Source: Candidatus Enterousia sp. (GTDB taxonomy: Bacteria; Pseudomonadota; Alphaproteobacteria; Rs-D84). From it: DNA of 64,000 nucleotides. The notes below the pieces were generated by a model. It did not search any database, was not told the origin of the DNA, and worked only from the letters and a program-made list of their open reading frames with translations. Where the stretch lies: the NCBI GenBank assembly GCA_045593065.1, contig JAZNVZ010000002.1:71183-135182 (forward strand). Direction: 5' to 3'. Shown piece by piece: positions 38,455-49,605 of this stretch. Within the stretch, counting starts at the first letter, position 1. Each line of letters opens with the position of its first letter. The translations under genes and the position numbers were made by a program.

Positions 38455-39228
38455 TCAATGTTTTTCAAATACCAAAACCCGTGTAATTTCACCTAAATCT
38501 TTTACAGATTTTATAAAAATCCATCCGTTATCTTGGAAAATTTTTATAACAGATTTTTCCATGTTTATTCCAATTTCCAGATAAATGCGGCCCGAGGGTT
38601 TTAACCAGTTTAATGCGGTTTTTGCAATTTTTTCGTATGCCGCCAATCCGTTATGTTTCGCAAACAATGCCATTTTTGGGTCGTGCATCGCGCCAGAATC
38701 CACACGGGTGTCATCGCGGTCAATGTATGGGGGATTTGATACAATTACATCAAATGTGTTGTGTGGTAATGCGTGTGGGTTGCCAAAATCGCCGTGTTGG
38801 ACGATAATTTTTTTATCCAGTTTTAAATTGTGCACATTTTTACAGGCAACACGAATCGCCCGATATGATTTTTCCAACGCGATACCATTGGCGTTTATGT
38901 TTTTTGTAATTGCACAAATTATGCACCCTGTACCTGTTCCTAAATCGGCGATATTGATATTATGTGCATGTGCGTAATCTTTTATAACACATTCAACCAG
39001 TGTTTCTGTGTCTGGTCGTGGGTCCAGTGTCCATTTATTCGTATAAAATCGTAATCCATAAAACCATTTGTTGTGAATAATCTTGGCAACTGGCACATTT
39101 TTGCGTAATTGATGCGAAATGCGCCACATGCGTATTCGCGACATATTGGGTATGGCATCGCATATTATTCGGGCGACATGCGGGCCTGCGATATTTGATA
39201 AAATCTTGAACGCTTGATTTGTTGTCAT
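38455..39228 (-). CDS. prmC: release factor glutamine N5-methyltransferase (PrmC/HemK)
   Basis: SAM motif I DLGTGTGCII and NPPY motif (VIVSNPPYI); 257 aa. Confidence 0.8.
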   Translation of the reverse strand: MTTNQAFKILSNIAGPHVARIICDAIPNMSRIRMWRISHQLRKNVPVAKIIHNKWFYGLRFYTNKWTLDPRPDTETLVECVIKDYAHAHNINIADLGTGTGCIICAITKNINANGIALEKSYRAIRVACKNVHNLKLDKKIIVQHGDFGNPHALPHNTFDVIVSNPPYIDRDDTRVDSGAMHDPKMALFAKHNGLAAYEKIAKTALNWLKPSGRIYLEIGINMEKSVIKIFQDNGWIFIKSVKDLGEITRVLVFEKH

Positions 39229-39249
39229 AAATTTATTATAATAGGTTTC

Positions 39250-40509
39250 ATGAAAAAAGTAAAAGAATATCTTGATACAAATATTTTAACCAAGGTTGTT
39301 ATGTGGTTGGCGGTGTTGCTGACGGTGGTGGCGTTGGTGTTGGTAATTGCGCATGGTTCTGGGGCGGTTAAAAATGATGCTGCGGGGCCGGACACTTGTA
39401 AATCTGTGGTGTCTGTGAATTCTGGGGATACTTTGTCTGGTCTTTTGTCCCAGCAAGGATTAACCCACGCGCAAATAAGTGAAATTGTACGAATTTTGAA
39501 GACCCAGGGAATTACTGGATTGCGTGCCAACAGGGATAAAATCGAATTTGTTCGCGCCACAGACAATGCGCCTGTGGATAAAATTGTGGTAATTCCATCC
39601 CCATGGCGTCAGGTTGAATTGACATGTGATGCCGGGGGGGCATGGCAATGCAATACCATTGATATTGAACGCGATACGCGCGCGGTTTACAAATCTGGGG
39701 TTATTTTGGACGGGGACAGTTTTTATCTGGCGGGTCAGCGCGCGGGGATTCCTGCGGGGATTTTGGCGGATGTGTACGATTTATTGGCGTTCGAAATGGA
39801 TTTTGAACGCGATGTCAGGGCGGGTCAAAAATTTTCGGTATTGTACGAAGAAAATTTTTCTGGTGGCGCCAAGGTTGATAATGGACATGTGCTGGCGGTA
39901 TCTTTTGATGCGTTGCGTGGTAATGTGAAAATGTATCGTTTTAAAAAGAAAGATGGCACCACAGGATATTATGACGAGAAAGGTAATGGCGCAATTAAAT
40001 CTTTGAAACGCACACCAATCAATAATGCCAAGGTTACCAGCAGTTTTTCAACCCGCCGCAAACACCCTGTGTTGGGATTTACGCGCGCACACAAAGGTGT
40101 TGATTTCCGTGCATCGACAGGTACACCAATTCCTGCCGCTGGCGCAGGGCGCGTGGTAAAAAAAGGGTATAACAGCGGACACGGAAATTTTGTGCGAATT
40201 CGCCACAATGGTACATTTGAAACACTGTATGCGCATATGTCCCGGTTTATGAAGGGCGTGAATGTTGGCACAACCGTTCGCCAGGGACAAACAATCGGTT
40301 TTGTTGGGTCTACGGGGTTGTCTACGGGGCCGCATTTGCATTACGAGGTTATCAAGGACGGTAAACATGTAAACCCGTTAACGGTTAAATTGCCCGCGAT
40401 AAATAATCTGGATGCTGCGAACAAGGAAAAATTTTTGGAATATCGGCGCGCATTGGATGACGGTATAAAATATTTGGCTGAACATCCGCATTTGTTTATT
40501 GTGTTGTAA
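39250..40509 (+). CDS. M23 family murein endopeptidase with LysM/OapA-like N-terminal domain (MepM-like)
   Basis: TM anchor; LysM-like (SVNSGDTLSGLLSQQGL); intact M23 motifs HKGVDFRASTGTPI and GPHLHYEV. Confidence 0.8.
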   Translation: MKKVKEYLDTNILTKVVMWLAVLLTVVALVLVIAHGSGAVKNDAAGPDTCKSVVSVNSGDTLSGLLSQQGLTHAQISEIVRILKTQGITGLRANRDKIEFVRATDNAPVDKIVVIPSPWRQVELTCDAGGAWQCNTIDIERDTRAVYKSGVILDGDSFYLAGQRAGIPAGILADVYDLLAFEMDFERDVRAGQKFSVLYEENFSGGAKVDNGHVLAVSFDALRGNVKMYRFKKKDGTTGYYDEKGNGAIKSLKRTPINNAKVTSSFSTRRKHPVLGFTRAHKGVDFRASTGTPIPAAGAGRVVKKGYNSGHGNFVRIRHNGTFETLYAHMSRFMKGVNVGTTVRQGQTIGFVGSTGLSTGPHLHYEVIKDGKHVNPLTVKLPAINNLDAANKEKFLEYRRALDDGIKYLAEHPHLFIVL

Positions 40510-40538
40510 AAAAATCCCGCATTTGCGGGATTTTTTTA
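40508..40538 (+). terminator. rho-independent terminator
   Basis: aaaaaaatcccgc-attt-gcgggattttttt. Confidence 0.65.
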
Positions 40539-40609
40539 TGAGAATATGTGCCTGTGGTGCGATATTTGTTTGTTTGGTATAATTTTCATCAAACCAAAGG
40601 AGATAGAAT

Positions 40610-41095
40610 ATGAAAACTTTTTTTACTTTGATTGCTGCGATACTTATTGCTTTTATTCCCGGCGTAATCGGGGTGTTGTTTACCCCAGTTACGGGCCACA
40701 CAGATGCGTGGTACAATACTTTGGCAAATTCTGCGCTGACACCACCACCGATGGTGTTTAGTGTTGCATGGACCATTTTATATGTTTTACTGGGTATCGC
40801 GTTGTTTTTTGTTTGGCGTGCCAAAACCAGAGGACGCAAATCAAAAGGTGTTAGTGCAGCAGAATGGTTGTTCTTTTTTCAAATGGTGTTGAATGCACTG
40901 TGGAGTTATGTGTTCTTTGGATTGCACATGACAACATTAGGGTTGTTCGTGTTATTAGGATTACTGATAGTGTCTATTTATATGGCGCGTGAATTCAAAA
41001 CAGTCAGCAAAACCGCATATTACCTGGTGTGGCCGTATATTGCATGGTTGATATTCGCGTTTTATTTGAATGGTGTGATTGTTTGTATGAACTAA
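40610..41095 (+). CDS. tspO: TspO/MBR family tryptophan-rich sensory protein
   Basis: Five TM helices with conserved Trp/Pro pattern (PPPMVFSVAWTILYVLLGIA, WSYVFFGLH). Confidence 0.8.
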   Translation: MKTFFTLIAAILIAFIPGVIGVLFTPVTGHTDAWYNTLANSALTPPPMVFSVAWTILYVLLGIALFFVWRAKTRGRKSKGVSAAEWLFFFQMVLNALWSYVFFGLHMTTLGLFVLLGLLIVSIYMAREFKTVSKTAYYLVWPYIAWLIFAFYLNGVIVCMN

Positions 41096-41418
41096 ATTTT
41101 CAAGATTTTTGTTCTGGAATCACCCATGTTTAATCGTTTCAGCCCCAGTTCTTCAATGTAATCGGGGCTGTTTTGTTGAACCAACTGGATGTGTTTTTTT
41201 AATTGGTCCAGTTTAGATTGTTCCATTACCAACTGTTGTTGGGCAGTGTTCAACCGCCAAATGTTTATCACAAATCCTTGGATGGTTGTTTTGCCAGTAA
41301 ATATGCCAATCGACCAAAATACGGCCACAATCGTCATAATAACGCCCCATTTGCCATGGATGCCAGCGGCCCATGCACGCGCAATAAATGAAAATAAATT
41401 TTTGATTTTTTCTTTCAT
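41092..41418 (-). CDS. ftsB: FtsB/DivIC-like septum formation initiator
   Basis: Single TM then coiled coil (LVMEQSKLDQLKKHIQLVQQNSPDYIEE..LGL); start taken at ATG MKEKIK. Confidence 0.55.
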   Translation of the reverse strand: MKEKIKNLFSFIARAWAAGIHGKWGVIMTIVAVFWSIGIFTGKTTIQGFVINIWRLNTAQQQLVMEQSKLDQLKKHIQLVQQNSPDYIEELGLKRLNMGDSRTKILKI

Positions 41419-41437
41419 ACATGCCATTATATCACAA

Positions 41438-42358
41438 ATGTTAGAAAAAAAGAATTTTTTTGTTGCACCATTGGCTGGAATCACAGACAGGCCGTTTCGC
41501 CGTATTGTGCGACAGTTTTCGCCAGATGCATCACTGGTTACGGAAATGATTTCTTGTCATTCTTTGGTGGCACAGCACAAAAATTGTCCGCGTAATTTTG
41601 ACAGATATGATGACGAAGGTAATATCGGTGCCCAGATTTTTGGTGCTGATGTTGATTTGATGGCAGATGCGGCCCGTATTTTGCAAGATAATGGCGCAAA
41701 ATGGATTGATATAAATATGGGGTGTCCTGTGCCCAAGGTTGCAACACGCGCAGGGGCGGGGGCGTTTTTAATGAAAAATCATAAATTAGCGGGCGATATT
41801 ATGCGCGCAGTGGTGCGTGCGGTTGATATTCCTGTGTCTGTGAAAACGCGTTTAGGATGGGACGATGCTAATAAAGATTGGCGAGACCTGGTGGATATTG
41901 CCGCGGACAGTGGTGTGCGTTTTGTTGCCTTGCACGGTCGTACACGGTCGGCGGGGTATGTTGGTTTGGCGGTACATCCATGTGTCGCAGATTGTCCAAT
42001 TCCAATTATTGCCAATGGCGATATTAAAACTGCTGGGGATGTTATGGAAATGGAAAAATTGGGCTATACAGGGGTCATGTTGGGGCGTGCAATGTTGGGT
42101 GCGCCCTGGAAATTGGCAGAAATTAATGGTTATACCCCCCCAGAAAATATCGGGCAAATTGTATTGCAGCATTTGAATTTGGTACTGGATTATTATGGTG
42201 CGCGTACAGGGGTGCCGATGTTTCGCAAACATGCGGCATGGTATTCAACAGGATTGCCTGGCGCATCGGCGTTCAGGGTCATGGTTAATCAAATTACAGA
42301 CGCAAACGAATTAAAATGCAAAATATGTGAATTTTGGGGTTGCGTTGACAAAATATAA
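41438..42358 (+). CDS. dusB: tRNA-dihydrouridine synthase
   Basis: Dus signature (FFVAPLAGITDRPFRRIVRQF, DINMGCPVPKV, catalytic Cys region); start at ATG MLEKKNFF. Confidence 0.85.
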   Translation: MLEKKNFFVAPLAGITDRPFRRIVRQFSPDASLVTEMISCHSLVAQHKNCPRNFDRYDDEGNIGAQIFGADVDLMADAARILQDNGAKWIDINMGCPVPKVATRAGAGAFLMKNHKLAGDIMRAVVRAVDIPVSVKTRLGWDDANKDWRDLVDIAADSGVRFVALHGRTRSAGYVGLAVHPCVADCPIPIIANGDIKTAGDVMEMEKLGYTGVMLGRAMLGAPWKLAEINGYTPPENIGQIVLQHLNLVLDYYGARTGVPMFRKHAAWYSTGLPGASAFRVMVNQITDANELKCKICEFWGCVDKI

Positions 42359-42402
42359 CGGTATTATATCATTGATATATAATTATCCAAAGAGGACAGA
42401 AT

Positions 42403-43248
42403 ATGAATGAAGAAAACATCGTTGAACAAAAAACAGAATTGACTGCGGGCGATATGTTGCGTAATGCGCGTACCCAGGGGCGCAGAAAACGTGAAATCAG
42501 CACTATCGCTAAACAATTATGTATATCTGAACAATTTTTAGAGGCGTTGGAAAATTGTGAATATAAAAAAATTCCAGAAATCGTGTATGTATTGGGCTTT
42601 GCCCGTAATTATGCGATGGAATTGGGTTTAGACCCTGATGTAATCGTGAATAAAATCAAAGATGAACTGGGAATTGAACCAGAATGCGAAACAACCATCA
42701 CAAATGAAGACCTGGAAGAACGCGACAGGGCGATGGCATTCAAGGCCAAGGCCCAAGAATTGTTGCGAAAATCGATTGAATATATTCGTAAACATTGGTT
42801 GTGGTTCGCTATTGGCGCCGGGGTTATCGTGTTGTTGATGTTGATAATCATTATTTTTGGTGGTTCATCCAACGATGAAAATGCGGACGCAACCCCGAAT
42901 GCCCCAGTGGCCGAGGTTGTCGCAATCGAAGAACCTGTGTACAATATTCCTGTGCGCGAACGGTTTGGTAAAGAAAATATGGCCAAGGCCAAGGTTGTTA
43001 TCCAAGCAATAGAAGATTCGTATGTCGGTGTAGAAAACGCCAAAGGTGTTACGGTGTTTGGCAAAACATTAATAACTGGCGATGTGTTTTATGTGCCAAA
43101 TGGTACCGGATACAAGGCAAAATTTGGCAATGCTGGTGGGGTTGATATTTGGGTCGAAGGTAAATTGGCACCAAAGGTTGGCGCAAACAAAACATCCAAA
43201 AAGGATGTTTCGCTTAATCCTGAATCTTTGATGAAAAAAGCCAAATAA
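42403..43248 (+). CDS. rodZ: RodZ-like cytoskeleton protein (HTH plus TM)
   Basis: N-terminal XRE-type HTH (GDMLRNARTQGRRKREISTIAKQLCISEQFLEALE), single TM (WLWFAIGAGVIVLLMLIIIIF), periplasmic C-terminal domain. Confidence 0.6.
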   Translation: MNEENIVEQKTELTAGDMLRNARTQGRRKREISTIAKQLCISEQFLEALENCEYKKIPEIVYVLGFARNYAMELGLDPDVIVNKIKDELGIEPECETTITNEDLEERDRAMAFKAKAQELLRKSIEYIRKHWLWFAIGAGVIVLLMLIIIIFGGSSNDENADATPNAPVAEVVAIEEPVYNIPVRERFGKENMAKAKVVIQAIEDSYVGVENAKGVTVFGKTLITGDVFYVPNGTGYKAKFGNAGGVDIWVEGKLAPKVGANKTSKKDVSLNPESLMKKAK

Positions 43249-43329
43249 TTTATGGTTAATATCGTGGGTGCGATGATTTTTTGTCGCGCCCATTGTATTT
43301 TTTAATAAATTGATTATATTTTAATTACT

Positions 43330-46167
43330 ATGTCAGGACAGATAAAAATTCGCGGTGCACGCGAAAATAATCTTAAAAATATTGATTTAGACATACCAAA
43401 GAATAAATTGGTGGTGTTTACTGGTGTGTCTGGGTCTGGAAAATCATCTTTGGCATTTAATACCATTTATGCCGAAGGGCAGCGCCGTTATGTCGAATCG
43501 CTGTCTGCGTATGCACGGCAATTTTTAGATATGCAAAAAAAGCCCGATGTGGATTTTATCGAAGGGTTGGCCCCAGCAATTTCTATTGAACAAAAAACAA
43601 CATCAAAAAATCCGCGTTCGACAGTTGGAACGGTAACAGAAATTTACGATTATTTGCGTTTGCTGTGGGCGCGTGTTGGTGTGCCTTATTCGCCAGTAAC
43701 CGGGTTGCCAATCAAATCCCAGACCATTGCAGAAATGGTCGATTGGACCATGAAAATCCCATCAGGAACACGAATTTATGTTATGGCGCCGTTGGTGCGT
43801 GATCGCAAGGGCGAATATCGCAAAGAACTGGCGTTTTTGGTAAAGCAGGGTTTTCAACGCGCGATTATTGATAATGAATTGGTTGATTTGGGGGCAATGC
43901 CTCAACTGGACAAAAATAAAAAGCATAATATTTTCGTAATTATTGACCGTTTGCAAATGCCGGCGGCAGATGATGCAAATATTGATGAATTTAAATCGCG
44001 CCTGTATTCTTCGTTCGAGGGTTCTTTGCGTTTGGTGCCTGGTGTGGTTTTGGTTCGCCGATTAGATACGAATGCGGACACATTGTATTCGCAAAATTAT
44101 GCCTGCCCAGTCAGCGGATTTACTGTGCCAAAAATAGAACCGCGGTTGTTTTCGTTTAATGCGCCATTGGGTGCGTGCCAAACATGTGGCGGATTGGGTG
44201 TACAATTAAACATATCGCCAGATTTGGTTGTCCCAGACCCATCAAAATCTATTTTATCTGGTGCGATTGCACCATGGTCGCGTGGCGGCATGTTGACTCA
44301 ATACGACCATTTGTTGGATGCGTTGCACAAAAAATATAAAATTTCATTGTCTAAACCATGGCATACTTTGCCCCAAGAACACAAAGATATTATTTTATAC
44401 GGTACAGGGGACGAAGAAATCAAGATTAATTGGAATGGATTTGTTTATTCTAAACCATTCGAAGGCGTAATTCCAAATTTGGAACGGCGTTTACGCGAAT
44501 CTGACAGTGATGCCACGCGTGCAGAACTGGCAAAATATCAAACTGCAACAGAATGTCCAATGTGTCATGGCAAACGTTTGAATATCCAGGCATTATGTAT
44601 CAAAATAAATGGTTTTGATATCATGGATGCGTGTGATTTGTCGGTGGCGGATTCTTTGCGGTGGTTTCGTGATTTGCCAAATCATTTAAGTTCCCAAGAA
44701 AACGACATCGCAAAAATTGTGTTGCGGGAAATTACAGACAGATTGTCTTTCTTGGAAAATGTGGGATTGGGGTATTTGACTTTGTCGCGCATGGCGGGAA
44801 CATTGTCCGGGGGCGAGGCCCAACGTATCCGCTTGGCATCCCAGATTGGTAGTGGTTTGTCTGGTGTATTGTATGTATTGGATGAACCGTCCATTGGGTT
44901 GCACCAAAGCGATAATGATAAATTGCTGGATACATTGAAAATGCTGCGCGACAAAGATAACACAGTTATTGTTGTCGAACATGACGAAGACGCAATGCGC
45001 AGTGCAGATTATTTGGTCGATATTGGTCGTGGTGCGGGTATAAACGGTGGAAATGTTATCGCGTTTGGTACCCCACAACAAGTAATCGACAATCCAGATT
45101 CTATCACAGGACAATATTTATCGGGCGTTCGCAAGATAGAGGTGCCGTCCAAGCGCAGAACTGGCAATGGTCAATCTATTAAAATCATGGGTGCGCGCGC
45201 AAACAATTTGAAAAATATTGATGTTGAAATTCCATTGGGAAAATTTGTTGCGTTGACCGGGGTGTCTGGGTCTGGCAAATCTACATTGTTATTAGATACA
45301 TTGTATCCTGCATTGATGCGCGCAATGTATAATTCTAAATTAGAGGTCGGCGCGCACGACATTATTCGTGGAATGGAAAATGTGGACAAGGTTGTTGATA
45401 TAGACCAATCGCCCATCGGGCGCAGTCCGCGCAGCAATCCTGCGACATATGTTGGTGTGTTTACAGATATTCGTGATTTCTTTGCCGAATTGCCCGAGGC
45501 CAAGGCCCGCGGATACACATCTGGGCGTTTTTCATTTAATGTCAAAGGCGGTCGATGCGAGGCATGTCAAGGTGATGGTCAAATCAAAATCGAAATGAAT
45601 TTTTTGGCAGATGTTTATGTCGAATGCGAAAAATGCCACGGGACGCGTTATAACGAAGAAACTTTGGCCGTGAAATACAAAGGCAAATCGATTGCTGATG
45701 TTTTGGATATGACGGTCGAAGAGGCGTACAGATTCTTTATCAATGTGCCAAAAATTGCCCGCAAATTAGAATTATTAAAACGCGTTGGATTGGAATATAT
45801 TAAACTGGGACAGAGTTCTTTGGATTTATCTGGGGGCGAGGCCCAACGTATCAAATTATCCAAAGAATTGAGTGCGCGCAGTACCGGGCAAACAATTTAT
45901 ATCTTGGACGAACCGACAACAGGTTTGCATTTCGAAGATATCAAAATGTTGCTGAATGTGCTGCAAGAATTGGTTGATGCAGGCAATACTGTTGTCGTGA
46001 TTGAACACAATTTAGATGTTATTAAATCTGTGGATTGGGTAATAGATTTGGGCCCAAATGGCGGTGATGGCGGCGGGCGCGTTGTTGCAACTGGCACGCC
46101 AGAGCAGGTCGCATCCGTCCCAGAATCTTTGACGGGTAAATATTTAAAGAAATATTTGAACAAATGA
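43330..46167 (+). CDS. uvrA: excinuclease ABC subunit A
   Basis: Tandem ABC ATPase modules ([12 protein letters not shown] / [14 protein letters not shown]), zinc-finger Cys clusters, LSGGEAQRI signatures; 945 aa. Confidence 0.95.
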   Translation: MSGQIKIRGARENNLKNIDLDIPKNKLVVFTGVSGSGKSSLAFNTIYAEGQRRYVESLSAYARQFLDMQKKPDVDFIEGLAPAISIEQKTTSKNPRSTVGTVTEIYDYLRLLWARVGVPYSPVTGLPIKSQTIAEMVDWTMKIPSGTRIYVMAPLVRDRKGEYRKELAFLVKQGFQRAIIDNELVDLGAMPQLDKNKKHNIFVIIDRLQMPAADDANIDEFKSRLYSSFEGSLRLVPGVVLVRRLDTNADTLYSQNYACPVSGFTVPKIEPRLFSFNAPLGACQTCGGLGVQLNISPDLVVPDPSKSILSGAIAPWSRGGMLTQYDHLLDALHKKYKISLSKPWHTLPQEHKDIILYGTGDEEIKINWNGFVYSKPFEGVIPNLERRLRESDSDATRAELAKYQTATECPMCHGKRLNIQALCIKINGFDIMDACDLSVADSLRWFRDLPNHLSSQENDIAKIVLREITDRLSFLENVGLGYLTLSRMAGTLSGGEAQRIRLASQIGSGLSGVLYVLDEPSIGLHQSDNDKLLDTLKMLRDKDNTVIVVEHDEDAMRSADYLVDIGRGAGINGGNVIAFGTPQQVIDNPDSITGQYLSGVRKIEVPSKRRTGNGQSIKIMGARANNLKNIDVEIPLGKFVALTGVSGSGKSTLLLDTLYPALMRAMYNSKLEVGAHDIIRGMENVDKVVDIDQSPIGRSPRSNPATYVGVFTDIRDFFAELPEAKARGYTSGRFSFNVKGGRCEACQGDGQIKIEMNFLADVYVECEKCHGTRYNEETLAVKYKGKSIADVLDMTVEEAYRFFINVPKIARKLELLKRVGLEYIKLGQSSLDLSGGEAQRIKLSKELSARSTGQTIYILDEPTTGLHFEDIKMLLNVLQELVDAGNTVVVIEHNLDVIKSVDWVIDLGPNGGDGGGRVVATGTPEQVASVPESLTGKYLKKYLNK

Positions 46168-46204
46168 TAAATGTTTGTTAAAATCTGGACAAAAGGAGTG
46201 ATAA

Positions 46205-46714
46205 ATGTTTGGTTTTGGTAAAAAGAAAAAAGAAGAAGCAACAAACGCGTCTGCAGACGAAGTGAAAATGCCGTCTGGTATGCGTGAAACTGCGGAACGC
46301 ATGATGTCTGGGCAATTTGACATGAACGATATGTTGGCGCAGTTAAAGCAAATTCGTAAAATGAGCAATTTCAGCGGTCTGTTGAAAATGGTGCCTGGTA
46401 TGTCTGGGGCGGTTAATGCGATGAAAGAAAAAATTAAAGACGGTAGTGTCGATGCTCAAATTAAAATTTTGGAAGCGATGACCGCCGAAGAACGCGCTGA
46501 CCCAGAAAAAGTTTTCGCAAATGCCAAGGCGCGTATTGCAGAAAGCGCGGGTTGTTCGGTTCGTGATGTTGAACACATTATCAAACAGTATTTGAATATG
46601 AAACGCCAAATGGCAATGATTCAACGCATGGGCGGGATGGAGGCCGTTATGCAACGCATGCAACAAAATGGTGGTATGCCAGGCAATATGCCAGGTACCC
46701 CGGGGGCAAAATAA
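46205..46714 (+). CDS. ffh: SRP54/Ffh M-domain-only protein (stand-alone ORF or 3' gene fragment)
   Basis: Aligns to the Ffh M domain from the FDLNDF helix to the Met/Gly-rich C-terminus (FDMNDMLAQLKQIRKM...AKARIAESAGCSVRDVEHIIKQY...GGMPGNMPG); no NG GTPase domain; own AAAGGAG SD. Confidence 0.65.
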   Translation: MFGFGKKKKEEATNASADEVKMPSGMRETAERMMSGQFDMNDMLAQLKQIRKMSNFSGLLKMVPGMSGAVNAMKEKIKDGSVDAQIKILEAMTAEERADPEKVFANAKARIAESAGCSVRDVEHIIKQYLNMKRQMAMIQRMGGMEAVMQRMQQNGGMPGNMPGTPGAK

Positions 46715-47016
46715 TGAAAAAGAATTTAGTCGATAACGCACAAATTATTTCTGTATCAAATGTGAACCCAGTTTATAACAAACACGGGCGCATTGTTAAA
46801 TGGACGGTCGTTGCAAAATATCGGTTATCGTCCAGTGATTTGTTTAATCCGTATGATATTTCGTCCCCTATGTTCGAAACTGTGATGATGCGAACATATA
46901 CTTTCCGCGATTGGTTTGGTTTTGGGTATGACCGTGCATGGAATTTTAGAATAAAATGCTTGGGTGAACTGGATACAATTAGACGCGCATTAAGGCAAAA
47001 TGAAAATACTAAATAA
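46714..47016 (+). CDS. hypothetical protein (100 aa), start overlaps ffh-fragment stop (TAATG)
   Basis: ORF translationally coupled to the upstream ORF; no recognised family. Confidence 0.4.
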   Translation: MKKNLVDNAQIISVSNVNPVYNKHGRIVKWTVVAKYRLSSSDLFNPYDISSPMFETVMMRTYTFRDWFGFGYDRAWNFRIKCLGELDTIRRALRQNENTK

Positions 47017-47659
47017 AAAAATTGCCGCAAAAAAATCTTCGGCTGCTTGGATTCAACGCCAGGCGGCAGACCCGTATGTTGAACGCGCACATCGGGATGG
47101 GTACCGTGCGCGCGCGGCATATAAATTGATTGAAATGAATGAAAAATTTCATTTCTTGAAAAATGGTCAGGTTGTTGTCGATTTGGGTGCGGCACCGGGG
47201 TCTTGGTCGCAATATATTGCGCGTGAATATCCGCGTTCAAAAATTTTTGCAATGGATTTGTTGGAAATTACACCAATAAATAATGTTGAATTTTATCAGG
47301 GCGATTTTACCAGTGACGAGGCGTTAAATTGGCTGGAATCCCGATTAGGATTGCCGCATGATGAAATGGGACATGGCACGGCAGATGTTGTGGTGTCGGA
47401 TATGGCACCGAATACGGTTGGGCATAAAAAGACAGACCATATTCGTCAAATGGTGTTGTTGGAATATGCGTTTGATTTTGCTGTGCGTGCGTTGAAACCG
47501 GGCGGGACATTTGTTGCAAAATCTTTTACCGGTGGCACAACAAACGATTTGTTGAAACAAATCAAAGAAAGATTTGAAAATGTGCATCATATAAAACCGC
47601 CTGCATCGCGCAAAGACAGTGTGGAAATGTTTATTGTTGCGACCGGCTTTCGCGGTTAA
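47000..47659 (+). CDS. rlmE: 23S rRNA (uridine2552-2'-O)-methyltransferase RlmE/FtsJ
   Basis: Full-length alignment to the RlmE pattern (YRARAAYKLIE...VVDLGAAPGSWSQY...DVVVSDMAPN...PGGTFVAK). Confidence 0.88.
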   Translation: MKILNKKIAAKKSSAAWIQRQAADPYVERAHRDGYRARAAYKLIEMNEKFHFLKNGQVVVDLGAAPGSWSQYIAREYPRSKIFAMDLLEITPINNVEFYQGDFTSDEALNWLESRLGLPHDEMGHGTADVVVSDMAPNTVGHKKTDHIRQMVLLEYAFDFAVRALKPGGTFVAKSFTGGTTNDLLKQIKERFENVHHIKPPASRKDSVEMFIVATGFRG

Positions 47660-47725
47660 AAAGTATTATATTTTGGTTCTTTTTATGATATAATCCCCTT
47701 TGGATAGGTCAGGGGATTTTTTATT

Positions 47726-49498
47726 TTGATGCAACGGGATAACACCAAAAATTTACGAAATGATAAAAAAGAAAAGCCGTCTTGGCGGTGGCGGTTGTTG
47801 TGTTTTTTCTTTAATTTGTTTTTGGTTGGTGTGATTTTTATCGTTGGTTATGTTGGTGTTATTTATCTGCGTATGCCGTCTTTGGATTCTATATTGCATG
47901 AAAAGCGTTTGCCAACAATCGTTTTCATGGATGATAATGGGGTTGAAATTCGCAGTTCTAATCGTATTATGGGAACGCCGGTATCTGTTGAAACTTTGCC
48001 GCCGCATGTGTGGCAATCAATTATCGCAATCGAAGATAAAAGATTTTTTGAACACGGGGCCATTGATATGCGTTCTACATTGCGCGCGGTGTTTTTGAAT
48101 CTTTTCCGTGGACGATTTGCCGCAGGCGGTTCGACCATTACTCAACAGACAGCAAAAAATATTTTCTTGTCGCGCGATAAAAAAATTTCACGCAAAGTGC
48201 AAGAATTGATTTTGTCGCAATGGTTAGAAAATAGATTTTCCAAAAACCAAATTTTGGATTTGTATATGAATCGCGTGTCTTTGGTTGGTGGCATGCGCGG
48301 AATCGATGCGGTGGCGCGTACCATGTTTGGTGTCGGTGCCAAAGATTTATCGATTGCACAATCTGCCCAGATTGCCGCGATGTTAAAAGCGCCAACATAT
48401 TACAGTCCGTTAAAGAATCCAGAAAAAAATATTGCGCGTGCGCGTGTTATATTGGCGGAAATGGTACGACAAAAATTTATCACATTAAATGATGCACGAA
48501 TTGCGGCGGCGCAATTAAAACAGGCACCCGGCATGCGCGACACAAATATATATCGTTATTGGACAGATTATGTGACCGATGAATTGGAATCTGTGTTAGG
48601 GGTGTTGGACAGCGATGTTTATGTGCATACAACTTTGAATAGGGCTTTACAAGAACGCGTTGCCGCCGTGTTGCCAAAACATACGGGCGAACATCAGGGC
48701 GCGGTTTTGGCAATGGCGCGTGATGGCGCGGTGCGCGCAATGTCGGGCGGGGCGAATTATCAAACCAGTCAGTTTAACCGTACATTGGCAATGCGCCAAC
48801 CGGGCAGTACTTTTAAATCTGTGGTGTATTTAGTGGCATTGGAAAATGGTTTAACCCCAGAATCTTATGTGAACGATTCGCCGTTTTCGATTGGCGATTA
48901 TAACCCAAAAAATTATAACGAACATTATTATGGTGATATACCATTGGCTGTGGCGTTCGCAAAAAGTGTGAATTCTGTGCCGATTAAATTGACCAAACAA
49001 TACGGTATTGATGCGGTGTTGAATATGGCGGGACGATTGGGTGTTGGCACAAAATTAAAGCGCGAATATTCAACCGTATTGGGGGCCAGTGAAATGACAT
49101 TGATTGACTTGACCAATATTTATGCGGTTATTTGGAATAATGGACAATCTGTGCATCCGTATTCTATTACAAAAATTACAAAACCAGATGGCACGATTTT
49201 ATACGAACGAAATCCATCGGAACCAATCCAAATTTTGCAGCCAGAAACAGTATCCGCAATGACTGGATTGTTGGCGAATGTTGTTGCGCCCGGGGGAACC
49301 GGGCATCGTGCGTCTGCGCCCAATGTGTTGGGCGGAAAAACAGGCACCAGTAATAACAACAGGGACGCCTGGTTCATTGGTGCCACAGATAATAATATAA
49401 TCGGTGTTTGGATTGGAAATGATGATTTCTCGCCTATGTCATCCAAGGTTACGGGTGGAACTATACCGGCTGAAATATTTCGTTCCATAGTACAATAG
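47726..49498 (+). CDS. class A penicillin-binding protein (glycosyltransferase plus transpeptidase)
   Basis: GT51 motifs (IIAIEDKRFFEHGAID, RFAAGGSTITQQ), transpeptidase SxxK (STFK), SxN (SVN), KTG (KTGTS); N-terminal TM anchor; 590 aa. Confidence 0.85.
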   Translation: MMQRDNTKNLRNDKKEKPSWRWRLLCFFFNLFLVGVIFIVGYVGVIYLRMPSLDSILHEKRLPTIVFMDDNGVEIRSSNRIMGTPVSVETLPPHVWQSIIAIEDKRFFEHGAIDMRSTLRAVFLNLFRGRFAAGGSTITQQTAKNIFLSRDKKISRKVQELILSQWLENRFSKNQILDLYMNRVSLVGGMRGIDAVARTMFGVGAKDLSIAQSAQIAAMLKAPTYYSPLKNPEKNIARARVILAEMVRQKFITLNDARIAAAQLKQAPGMRDTNIYRYWTDYVTDELESVLGVLDSDVYVHTTLNRALQERVAAVLPKHTGEHQGAVLAMARDGAVRAMSGGANYQTSQFNRTLAMRQPGSTFKSVVYLVALENGLTPESYVNDSPFSIGDYNPKNYNEHYYGDIPLAVAFAKSVNSVPIKLTKQYGIDAVLNMAGRLGVGTKLKREYSTVLGASEMTLIDLTNIYAVIWNNGQSVHPYSITKITKPDGTILYERNPSEPIQILQPETVSAMTGLLANVVAPGGTGHRASAPNVLGGKTGTSNNNRDAWFIGATDNNIIGVWIGNDDFSPMSSKVTGGTIPAEIFRSIVQ

Positions 49499-49508
49499 TT
49501 TATAATGG

Positions 49509-49552
49509 CATATCTGCTGGTTGTTTGTTCGTTCATGTACCGTTTTGTACAC
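49509..49552. repeat. 44 bp direct repeat copy 1 (contains palindrome TGTAC-N6-GTACA)
   Basis: catatctgctggttgtttgttcgttcatgtaccgttttgtacac; second copy at 49606-49649 with one mismatch. Confidence 0.85.
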
Positions 49553-49605
49553 TACACTTACAAACAACGGCGCATCTATACCATTATAAACTATTGTTGT
49601 TGTTG

